From Macrostomum lignano (taxonomy: Eukaryota), in assembly GCA_002269645.1 (NCBI GenBank), contig NIVC01001332.1:124001-188000 (forward strand): 64,000 nucleotides of DNA, written 5' to 3'. The translations under genes and the position numbers were made by a program. Below the pieces are notes generated by a model, which ran no database searches, was not told where the DNA came from, and saw nothing but the letters and a program-made list of their open reading frames with translations. Below, piece after piece: positions 11,401 to 20,477 of this stretch (the stretch's first letter is position 1; every line of letters begins with the position of its first letter).

Positions 11401-13762
11401 TTCCTATAATATTTCTCAATGCTTTTCTATGCTAATAATCTATTAATGTTTCCAACAAGCCCCGACACCTCACTGACACCACAGGTAGACGCGGTGAATC
11501 TGCAGAAGAAAATTTCAGGCATCAATAGACTGACTGCCTTCCTGATTGAGAACTGCGACACCATCTGCTTGGTGAGCAGACTGCCATTGATTGCATCGAA
11601 TTGCTTCTTAAATAATGTGTATATTGAACGACTCATTCATGAACTTAATCATGAACTCACTCATAAACTCACTCATGAACTCACTCATAAACTCACTCAT
11701 GAACTCACTCATGAACTCACTCATAAACTCACTCATGAACTCACTCATGAACTCACTCATGAACTCACTTATAAACTCACTCATCATGAACTCACTCATG
11801 AGCTCACTCATGAACTCACTTATGAACTCACTCATCATGAACTCACTCATGAACTCACTCATGAACTCACTCATGAACTCACTCATGAACTCACTCATGA
11901 ACTCACTCATGAACTCACTCATGAACTCACTCATGAACTCACTTATGAACTCACTCATCATGAACTCACTCATGAACTCACTCATGAACTCACTCATGAA
12001 CTCACTCATGAACTCACTCATGAACTCACTTATGAACTCACTCATAAACTCACTCATGAACTCACTCATAAACTCATTCATGAACTCACTCATATGAACT
12101 CGCTCATACTTGTAGATTCCTCGCTCATTCGCCGAGGACTTGAAGCGTAACTTCGACAAGCTGCAGCCGTCACAGCAGCAGCCGGCAGCCACTCCGCCAC
12201 CGGTGTCAACACCCTCGTCGATGCACTCGCCTCGAGCGTCGTCATCAACTCGACGACGTTTCCATCGTAGCGACGACTGCGCTGTGGACGCCTCTGCGCA
12301 ATTCTCGGAGCACCGACACGCCAGCCGGCAGTCGACGATGGCCTACAGCAGGCAGCAGCTGGCCGCCCTCTGCGCCCACGTCAGCTCCCTGCCGGAGTCC
12401 AAAGAGAAGCGACGCTTCGAGAAGCGCCTGCTGGGAGGCGTCGCCGGTGCCGGCAGCTGCGGCGGCGTCGTGCTGATGGCGGCAGCGTCGACGGCTTCAA
12501 CGACGAGCCAGCAGGCACGGTGTGCGAGGGCTGGGGGCAAGCAGTTCGCTTCGTTTAGGGTGAGTAGCTTGACTGTTATGTAACTAATCAATCCTTTGAT
12601 GTACCGCAGTCATTCAGTAGCTTATCAATCCTTTGATGTACCGCAGTCATTCAGTAGCTTATCAATCCTTTGATGTACCGCAGTCATTCAGTAGCTTATC
12701 AATCCTTTGATGTACCGCAGTCATTCAGTAGCTTATCAATCCTTTGATGTACCGCAGTCATTCAGTAGCTTATCAATCCTTTGATGTACCGCAGTCATTC
12801 AGTAGCTTATCAATCCTTTGATGTACCGCAGTCATTCAGTAGCTTATCAATTCTTTGATGTACCGCAGTCATTCAGTAGCTTATCAATCCTTTGATGTGC
12901 CGCAGTCATTCAGTAGATTGCCAATCCTTTGATGTGCCGCAGTCATTCAGTAGCTTATCAATCCTTTGATGTACCGCAGTCATTCAGTAGCTTATCAATC
13001 CTTTGATGTGCCGCAGTCATTCAGTAGCTTATCAATCCTTTGATGTGCCGCAGTCATTCTTTAGCATATCAATTCTTTGATGTGCCGCCATACCTACGTC
13101 CGCGAGACTATAATTGCCATTCTCTTCGAATTTGAATTTCAGCAAAACTGCCGAGACAGATCGCCATTCCAATTCGCGTCACCCGCTCGAAGTGCGTCTG
13201 TTTCGGTGAGTTTCGATCTGCCAGTCTGGTTTTTGGGTCGCTTTGACAAGCAAGAAATTTACTTAATTATACGCTAAGCTACTATAAGTAGGCAAAGTAG
13301 CAAAATACGCAGAAATACAATTGCACCAATAAATTCTTTACAAACCGCAAATTCCAGCGCGAACCGAGAACTCCAGTGAGCAGATTCTTCAATCGAGACC
13401 GACGCCTCATCCGAGCCCTGTCCAGCATCCGAGTGTACAAGTCCTGCCACCGACCGCAGAACCAGCACCAGCAGCTCAATCTTCGCCTGAACTTCGACAG
13501 ACTCGATGAAGAACCGGCAGAAACTGAGCTCGCAGCCGCCTCATCTACCGAAGAAGCTGCTCAGAAGCGACGTCGTTTGATGTCGGCTGCCCAGCACGGC
13601 GCCTCGAGTAGCAGGTCGCTGCCGCGCCTGCTGCGAGTGTCCTCGCCGCGACTGGACTTCTGCAGCTCGGCCACTGACGACGCTTCGTTCACCGCGTCAA
13701 CCGTGTTCGAGGACTGCAGCCTGCCAGTTGCGAGGAAGGGCTTCAAGCAGACTGAGCTATGA
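5403..13762 (+). CDS. ARHGAP19: Rho GTPase-activating protein, ARHGAP19-like (9 exons, ~673 aa)
   Basis: Exons 5403-5489, 7557-7875, 8483-8611, 10048-10281, 10815-11068, 11485-11571, 12116-12559, 13143-13205, 13358-13762; all GT-AG and phase-consistent (2022 nt). RhoGAP arginine finger EGIFRKTG, HDVASVMK...EPL and KMTSASLGTVFGP. ARHGAP19-type N-terminal QFRCQHPAKFAELV..LVEMP and C-terminal LCAHVSSLPESKEKRR. The first exon and last two exons are the least certain. Confidence 0.88.
6339..7481. repeat. 22-bp minisatellite (GTCAAGATCCCAATCCTAGTGG) in RhoGAP intron 1, split by a solo LTR
   Basis: The same unit occurs at 6339-6488 and 7188-7481. Confidence 0.96.
6489..7187 (+). mobile_element. Solo LTR (699 bp), Ty3/Gypsy-type by its 4-bp TSD
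   Basis: Starts TGTTG and ends CAACA; flanked by the direct repeat ATCC (6485-6488, 7188-7191). TATA-like TATTTAAA at ~6795 and AATAAA at ~6922, in U3-R-U5 order. Confidence 0.88.
8642..8947. repeat. GA-rich (GAGAGT/GAGAGG) hexamer microsatellite, RhoGAP intron 3
   Basis: Starts ~30 nt after the donor at 8612. Confidence 0.97.
10315..10652. repeat. (GAGAGG)n purine tract, RhoGAP intron 4
   Basis: Directly visible. Confidence 0.95.
11150..11405. repeat. CT-rich low-complexity tract, RhoGAP intron 5
   Basis: Directly visible. Confidence 0.9.
11632..12100. repeat. 12-bp minisatellite (ATGAACTCACTC), RhoGAP intron 6
   Basis: Tandem units run to within ~15 nt of the acceptor at 12115. Confidence 0.97.
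12584..13075. repeat. 37-bp minisatellite (TTATCAATCCTTTGATGTACCGCAGTCATTCAGTAGC), RhoGAP intron 7
   Basis: About 13 near-identical units. Confidence 0.97.
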
Positions 13763-13949
13763 CTCTGACGTTCTGCAGATCTTTGTTTGTTTATAGAAAG
13801 TTTATAGACTGTAAATTTACAAATAACCCGATTGGACTTTATTGCATTTCACCTTTAAATTTCTTCCTTAATTTGTTAACCTGCCTGGCAGTTCACAAAC
13901 TCCAAATTTACTGTGTGAAGTGAAAGAATTCAACCCAAACCCACAATGT

Positions 13950-14300
13950 ACTGTCGCAAGGGTAAGGAATTCAACCCAACCTCCCTTCAATGTACTCTGT
14001 CGTGAGGGTAAGGAATTCACCCCCCCAATGTACTCTGTCGCGAGGGAAAGGAATTCAACCGAGCCCTACCCCCAATGTACTCTGTCGCGAGGGAAAGGAA
14101 TTCAACCCAGTCCTACCCCCAATGTACTCTGCCGCGAGGGAAAGGAATTCAACCCAGCCCTACCCCCCAATGTACTCTGTCGCGAGGGAAAGGAATTCAA
14201 CCCAGCCCTACCCCCCAATGTACTCTGTCGCGAGGGAAAGGAATTCAACCCAACCCCCCAATGTACTCTGTCGCGAGGGAAAGGAATTCAACCTCTGCAC
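13950..14300. repeat. ~45-48-bp minisatellite (CCCCAATGTACTCTGTCGCGAGGGAAAGGAATTCAACC...)
   Basis: Tandem units downstream of the RhoGAP stop codon. Confidence 0.93.
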
Positions 14301-14984
14301 CACACCTCTCTGTCGCAAGGGTAAGCAATCCAATCCCTAAATGTACTCCGAGCAAGAAGAATTCCTATTTTATGCATTCTAGCCGTCTAACTTCATTTAT
14401 GCTCGAACTTACATTCTTTTTTAACTTGCGATTGTAAATATATGTGGCTATTTGTAGTTTCTAACCTGTTTGAAATTTTGTTCCGTTGTGTTATATACTG
14501 TGATACATAGTAAAATTAAATATGCATGCAAAATGTATTCGCTGCAGTCATATTTCTTATGCGTCATCCAAATTAGAGGTATTGTGTTGTGAAAAAAAAC
14601 AATGTGATGTGTAGCAATGGCATTCCAGATTTTTAAATGAAGTCTGATGCAAAATAAAGTATAAAAAATTTCACAAACCAAACTTAGTAGTTGCAAAATA
14701 TTATTATATATACTCGTATATGTTGCAGTGTAAATTTACATGCAGGGTACAACTTTAGAATAACAAAACATTAATGCAGGTAAATGTATAGAACATACAC
14801 AGAAGACATACAAAACAAAGTATAAATTATAAATTCGAAGAGACCAAATATTTTAACAAGATATCTATATCTGACTAGTGAGTAGTACGTTGCGCACATC
14901 AAGTGATAAAATAACAAAAATTACAACAAAAATAATCTGATATGTCAGTATTTTGTTAAATAATCAGAGGTGAGGTGTCAGACA

Positions 14985-15200
14985 AGGCAGCTGAAGATTC
15001 AGAGGTGGGTTGTCAGACGACAGCTGAAGAATCAGAGGTAGGGTGTCAGATGACAGCTGAAGAATCAGAGGTAGGGTGTCAGATGACAGCTGAAGAATCA
15101 GAGGTGGGTTGTCAGACGACAGCTGAAGAATCAGAGGTAGGTTGTCAGACGACAGCTGAAGAATCAGAGGTGGGTTGTCAGACGACAGCTGAAGAATCAG
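14985..15200. repeat. 33-bp minisatellite (ACAGCTGAAGAATCAGAGGTGGGTTGTCAGACG), 3' of the TTLL7-like gene
   Basis: About 6 units, ending ~80 nt from the TTLL stop codon. Confidence 0.93.
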
Positions 15201-15281
15201 AAGTGGTCACAACCTACGGCCTACTTAATTTCTACGAGTACTCAAGCGCTGTCTGCTCGTGCTTAAGTCGCCAACCTGTTG

Positions 15282-18200
15282 CTAGGCAACCGGAGTGGCA
15301 TCAGTGGCGCCATTCGTCAGCACGGGACTGGCGTTGAGGCGCTTCAGAGCGTCTCGCTGAGGCCTGGCAGCCTCAGAATACAGGTAGACAATGAGCAGGC
15401 AGTCCTGGCACAGTTGCACCGTGCGCTGGCAGCACTGCAGCTCAGTGTCCGAAGGCTGCTGCTGGACGGTCACGGACACCCAACCCGCTGTCCGGCTGCC
15501 GAAGGTCTCCCACAGGCCGTGGCCATTGCGCCACAGCAGCCGGTTGAACAGCCTGTCCAACAGGCGGTACAGTCGGCTGGCCTCGACTGCACCACCCCCG
15601 CTGCCGCCTCCACCGCTTCGAAAAGCTTTCTCCAGCGCCACTCTGACGCACCGCTTGGCAATGTCCAGCACCTTGGCCCGCTTCTCCGAGTCCAGGCTCA
15701 GGCGCCAGTAGGCACCGACCTGCGGCTTGTTCGCCTGCCAGTTGGTCAGCAGGCCGCTCAGCAGGCGGTCCGCTTCGCTGTCCGACTTTCCAGGAAACCG
15801 AATGCGCAGTCCGTTCAGGCATTTCAACGCCAGACGGGCGCGGGCCTCGTCGTCAGTTGTCGTTGCCGAATTTGCAGCCGCCGACTCCTTCGGGTTTTTG
15901 TTTTTGAGTACCATCTTACGACGGTTCGAGTCTTCGTCCGAGTCGCCGCTGGATTCGCTCGCGCGGGCGCCGGTGCCAGCCGCTGCGGCCAGCTGCTTGT
16001 CGACATCCTCCAGACTGAGCTTGTTGGCGTAGAAAGCCTCCAGGTCCTTCAGCAGCCGGCCGGCTCCGGCGTCCATCACGACGGGGAACACCGACAGCAG
16101 ACTCGCCGCCAGCTTGGCCTGCCGTTCGGCGTCGTCGACCGGGAAGATCCGACGGAAGCCCTGGCAGACTCGCGATTCGACCTCCTTGCTGACTGCCTGC
16201 AGACGCAGCCGGCTCTCCAGCCGCGTCAGGTCGTCCGCCGCAACGTTGGCGACGCTCTTAGAAGACTTGGCGCTCTTTCGATTGGACGGACGGCAGTTGA
16301 GCAGCATGAGCGTCTCGTCAAGCATACCGAGCTTCACCTCGCGCTCGACCGGATGATCGACGTCAAGGTTTGGCGACCTGTTGACCTCCATGAGCCAGGG
16401 TCGCAGGTTCTGGTCCAGCAGGATGTCAAAACCGAGCAGCTCAAAGCAGACGGAGCGGCTGCCTGGCTGGTCGGCAGGTCGGCACTGCCTGTAGGACTTG
16501 AGCAGATGCGGCTCAGCCAAAAACACAGTCTTCAGCACCAGATCGATGATGCTGTGCCACATCTTAGCTACATCGTAGTTCCGCTTGGCCAGGTACTCGT
16601 TCAGGAAGCGCACGGACCGAATGCTGTCCGCTGGGAGTCGCCCAGAGCCACCTCGGCGGGTTTGGCGACGCTCTCGATCTGCCTCAGCGGCTGCGGCAGC
16701 CGCCTGCTGCTGCAACAGCGGGCTGGTGACGTGCATCAGCAGGCTGTCGGACTTGGTCTTCAACGGTTCCACGTAGGGCTCGCTGCTCATTCTGATTAGT
16801 CCTTCGTTGTAGAAATACACTCGAAGAGGATCGCACGACGTGATTAACACAAATAAGCGGAGATCGAACTTCAGACCGTCTATGAGGAACGGGTTGGACA
16901 CGTACTCCTGCAGGACGCAGGGTGTCTCTGCCGTCTGCGGAACGTCATCAGCAGTCTTGTAAACGGCGATCCCGTGCCCCATAGCTCCGTCAATCGGTTT
17001 GGAGATAAAAGATCGCCGCTTGTCTGCCTTCTGCAGCTCCTTGCAGCGCTGCTGGAAAGAGGACAGGTCGGCCGGCAAAACCCAAGTCCGAGGCGCAAAG
17101 TTGTACTCCTGAGGTAGCGTGCTGGACGCTTTTGTGAAGTTCTTCGCCAGCAGGTCCTTGCGAGTGATCTCAGCCATCCCAGGAAAGTGGTTCACTCGCT
17201 GGTAGGGTCGCAGGTCGCTCAGACGCTCCGTCGAGATGAACGAGTCGATCCAGATCAGGAAAGGCGTCCGGAAATCATCGTCAGCAGTTGGCAGAAAGCC
17301 GATCTTCTGCGCGGCGTGGTGCACAGACTCGTACCGGGTGCCGCTAAGGTTCGCGGGCAGCGCCTGCCGCAGACGTACGATACGTCGCTTCGGATCCTGC
17401 TGCTGACTGCCGTCGTCCAGTTCGCGACGTCGCCTGGTTGGCAGCTCGTCGTCTAGTCGATCCGAACGAGTTCTATTATAACCCCGATCGTAGCGGTCTT
17501 CATCCAGACCCCCGCTGCGCAGGTCCGAGCGCCTCCGGTACGGATCTTTATCGTCAAGTCGGTTTCGACGCATCGAGAAGTCGTCCAAATCACCAGACCT
17601 CGACTTCGACGAGCCGATCGGTCGGTCACCTTTGAAGTCTGCCTTGCGACGAAGCGGCGAATCACCAGCTCTGCTGCTAGCGTTGCTCCTTCCGACTGGC
17701 ACCTCGTCGAACGAAGACTTTGTGAAGTCTCTGGAGCTCTGGGCGGACTTTTTGTCCAAAGTAGCCTGCCTTGGCGATCGCGCTCTGTCATCTCGCTTTC
17801 CTCTGTCGATATCGTCAATATCTCTTTTTCTACCGCCTACAGGGATGTCGTCGTACTTTGACAAGAAGTCCGCTCGATTTCGGTCAAAATCCCGTCGATC
17901 GTTGGGATGACTGCTATCCTTGCGACCCACAGGAATGTCATCGTGCTGTGACCGATTGTTTCTGCGAGTATCCCGTGGACTGTCAGCTTTAGAAGATACA
18001 ACCGCAGACTTTCTGCCGCCAACAGGTGTTTCATCGAAGTTATTCTTGCTACTGACTGACGAACGTGGCGACCGACTTACCGGGAGTTTAATATGGCCGT
18101 TGTTGGCTCTATCCTTGGATAAATCTGAACGACCGACGGGAGTGTCATCGTATTTGCTTTTGGTTGAGCGACCCACAGGGATATCCTCGTGAAGATTCTT

Positions 18201-19019
18201 TCGACCTGAAGAACTACCAGAACGACCAACTGGCACATCGTCGTGTGCGTTGAAGCGTCCTGAAGAGCCACCAGACCGACCAACTGGCAAATCGTCGTGT
18301 GCGTTGAAGCGTCCTGAAGAGCCACCAGACCGACCAACTGGCAAATCGTCGTGTGCGTTGAAGCGTCCTGAAGAGCCACCAGACCGACCCACGGGCACAT
18401 CATCGTGTGCGTTGAAGCGTCCTGAAGAGCCACCAGACCGACCCACGGGCATATCGTCATGGGGGTTGAAGCGTCCCGTGGAGCCCCCAGAACGACCAAC
18501 TGGGACATCGTCGTGAATATTTTTTCGACCTGATGAACTACCAGAACGACCAACTGGCACATCGTCGTGTGGGTTGAAGCGTCCCGAAGAGCCACCAGAC
18601 CGACCAACTGGCACATCATCGTGTGGGTTGAAGCGTCCTGAAGAGCCACCAGACCGACCAACTGGCACATCATCGTGTGGGTTGAAGCGTCCTGAAGAGC
18701 CACCAGACCGACCAACTGGCACATCTTCGTGTGGATTGAAGCGCCCCGTGGAGACGCCAGAACGACCAACTGGCACATCGTCGTGAAGATTTTTTCGACC
18801 TGATGAACTACCAGAACGACCAACTGGCACATCATCGTGTGGGTTGAAGCGCTCCGTGGAGCCACCAGAACGACCCACGGGCATTTCGTCAAGCGTTTTA
18901 TACCTGGGCGAGGCTGTTGCCTTTCGACCGCCAACTGGAATGTCGTCGTAGCGAGGAGGTACAGCAGCACCGGCAGAACCTCGCTGAGATTTTCCCACCA
19001 TTTGACTGAGGAAATTCAT
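15282..19019 (-). CDS. TTLL7: Tubulin polyglutamylase TTLL7-like, intronless, 1245 aa, with an N-terminal 18-aa repeat array
   Basis: Single open frame with TTL-domain motifs YQRVNHFPGMAEITRKDLLAKN, FISKPIDGAMGHGI, QEYVSNPFLIDGLKFDLR and FELLGFDILLD..LRPWLMEVNRSP. GAMGHGI is TTLL7-type. The HLTNYSxNK motif is replaced (see findings). Confidence 0.93.
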   Translation of the reverse strand: MNFLSQMVGKSQRGSAGAAVPPRYDDIPVGGRKATASPRYKTLDEMPVGRSGGSTERFNPHDDVPVGRSGSSSGRKNLHDDVPVGRSGVSTGRFNPHEDVPVGRSGGSSGRFNPHDDVPVGRSGGSSGRFNPHDDVPVGRSGGSSGRFNPHDDVPVGRSGSSSGRKNIHDDVPVGRSGGSTGRFNPHDDMPVGRSGGSSGRFNAHDDVPVGRSGGSSGRFNAHDDLPVGRSGGSSGRFNAHDDLPVGRSGGSSGRFNAHDDVPVGRSGSSSGRKNLHEDIPVGRSTKSKYDDTPVGRSDLSKDRANNGHIKLPVSRSPRSSVSSKNNFDETPVGGRKSAVVSSKADSPRDTRRNNRSQHDDIPVGRKDSSHPNDRRDFDRNRADFLSKYDDIPVGGRKRDIDDIDRGKRDDRARSPRQATLDKKSAQSSRDFTKSSFDEVPVGRSNASSRAGDSPLRRKADFKGDRPIGSSKSRSGDLDDFSMRRNRLDDKDPYRRRSDLRSGGLDEDRYDRGYNRTRSDRLDDELPTRRRRELDDGSQQQDPKRRIVRLRQALPANLSGTRYESVHHAAQKIGFLPTADDDFRTPFLIWIDSFISTERLSDLRPYQRVNHFPGMAEITRKDLLAKNFTKASSTLPQEYNFAPRTWVLPADLSSFQQRCKELQKADKRRSFISKPIDGAMGHGIAVYKTADDVPQTAETPCVLQEYVSNPFLIDGLKFDLRLFVLITSCDPLRVYFYNEGLIRMSSEPYVEPLKTKSDSLLMHVTSPLLQQQAAAAAAEADRERRQTRRGGSGRLPADSIRSVRFLNEYLAKRNYDVAKMWHSIIDLVLKTVFLAEPHLLKSYRQCRPADQPGSRSVCFELLGFDILLDQNLRPWLMEVNRSPNLDVDHPVEREVKLGMLDETLMLLNCRPSNRKSAKSSKSVANVAADDLTRLESRLRLQAVSKEVESRVCQGFRRIFPVDDAERQAKLAASLLSVFPVVMDAGAGRLLKDLEAFYANKLSLEDVDKQLAAAAGTGARASESSGDSDEDSNRRKMVLKNKNPKESAAANSATTTDDEARARLALKCLNGLRIRFPGKSDSEADRLLSGLLTNWQANKPQVGAYWRLSLDSEKRAKVLDIAKRCVRVALEKAFRSGGGGSGGGAVEASRLYRLLDRLFNRLLWRNGHGLWETFGSRTAGWVSVTVQQQPSDTELQCCQRTVQLCQDCLLIVYLYSEAARPQRDALKRLNASPVLTNGATDATPVA

Positions 19020-19789
19020 CTCTGCGCTAAAGTATATATTAAATGATTTCTACGAGTCTTACTCAACTATTCTATTTTGTTTCAGAAACAGATTACAGCA
19101 AATAATCACTTATGCGACGATGTCCTCGGTAAAAAATTTGGCTTCAATTCAACTCTTATTACTGTACTTTCCTTTCCAGTCGCGATTCTTTCTGGTTGCC
19201 TTGGCAACCAATGCGGGGGTTGGATAGGCTGTGTGGCTTTATCAATAGATCCGACTCTGTACAATAGGCGACTGAGTTCCCAGCCCAACTCAGCCCTGCT
19301 CAATCGGGCCTCAGCTCTCTCCTACTCAACATGCATGCCTGGCAACGTACACAGGCAGGTAGAGCTGAGTGCAAGGTCAGGCATTGAGCCTGCCTTCCTC
19401 TCTCCCCTCTCCCCCAACTCATGCGGTGCTCATGCCTGCCACCAGCTAGAGCTGTGTGAGCCACATGTGTCTATCTAGTGTTCATTGTTCTGCAATGTAT
19501 CTTCTTACACGAAAGAAAGTTGAATAAACAGTTTCAACAAAATTTTCTTTTTTACAGGCAATTTAACTGAATATGCCAGGTTTATCCGGATAGTTTATTA
19601 CTAGCAGAAAATACTCGTAGATAGATAAATAAAAAAGCAAAATGAAAATGCAAATTCAGTTTAATGACACATGCTCAACAAGATATGTATGAATGAATTT
19701 GCTAACAAAAATGATTTTAATTAGTAACAAATATCGCTTCAGCTCTTGGACAATTACCTCATTTTTTAGGGCGATAGAGATCCATAAAT

Positions 19790-20390
19790 GGATCTAGAGG
19801 GTGGATTCTCTATGGATCTAGAGGGCGATTCTCAGTTGATCTAGAGGGCGATTCTTAGTTGATCTAGAGGGCGATTCTCGATTGATCTAGAGGGCTATTC
19901 TCAGTTGAATCTAGAGGGCGATTCTCAGTTGATCTAGAGGGCGATTCTCAATTGATCTAGAGGGCGATTCTCAGTTGAATCTAGAGAGCGATTCTCAATT
20001 GATCTAGAGGGCGATTCTTAGTTGATCTAGAGGGCGATTCTTAGTTGATCTAGAGGGCGATTCTTAGTTGATCTAGAGGGCGATTCTTAGTTGATCTAGA
20101 GGGCGATTCTTAGTTGATCTAGAGGGCGATTCTTAGTTGATCTAGAGGGCGATTCTCAATTGATCTAGAGGGCGATTCTCAATTGATCTAGAGGGCGATT
20201 CTCAGTGGATCTAGAGGGCGATTCTCAATTGATCTAGAGGACGATTCTCAATTGATATAGAGGGCGATTGTCATTGAATCTAGAGGGCGATTTTTAGTGG
20301 ATCTATAGGCCCAATCTCAATAGATCTAGAGTCCTATTCTCTGTGGATCTAGAAGGTGATTCTCAGAGAATCTAGAGGGCGATTCTTCGC
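19790..20390. repeat. 23-bp minisatellite (GTTGATCTAGAGGGCGATTCTTA) between MSTO1 and the TTLL7-like gene
   Basis: About 25 units, degenerate at the ends. Confidence 0.96.
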
Positions 20391-20477
20391 GGGTCTAGAA
20401 GAAATTCTTACTTTCTAATTGAACATAATAAACTTCAATCAAACAAATAAGCATCCGTTCACACCAGTGACCCAAGT

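Noticed and set aside
11419-12192. HELT-, MSEF- and MNSL-repeat ORFs
   Set aside because: Translations of the intronic 12-bp array; only 11485-11571 and 12116 onward are real exons.
15279-16799. 506-aa + strand ORF antisense to the TTLL gene
   Set aside because: Shadow frame of a GC-rich coding sequence; no recognisable motifs and no independent splice or start signals.
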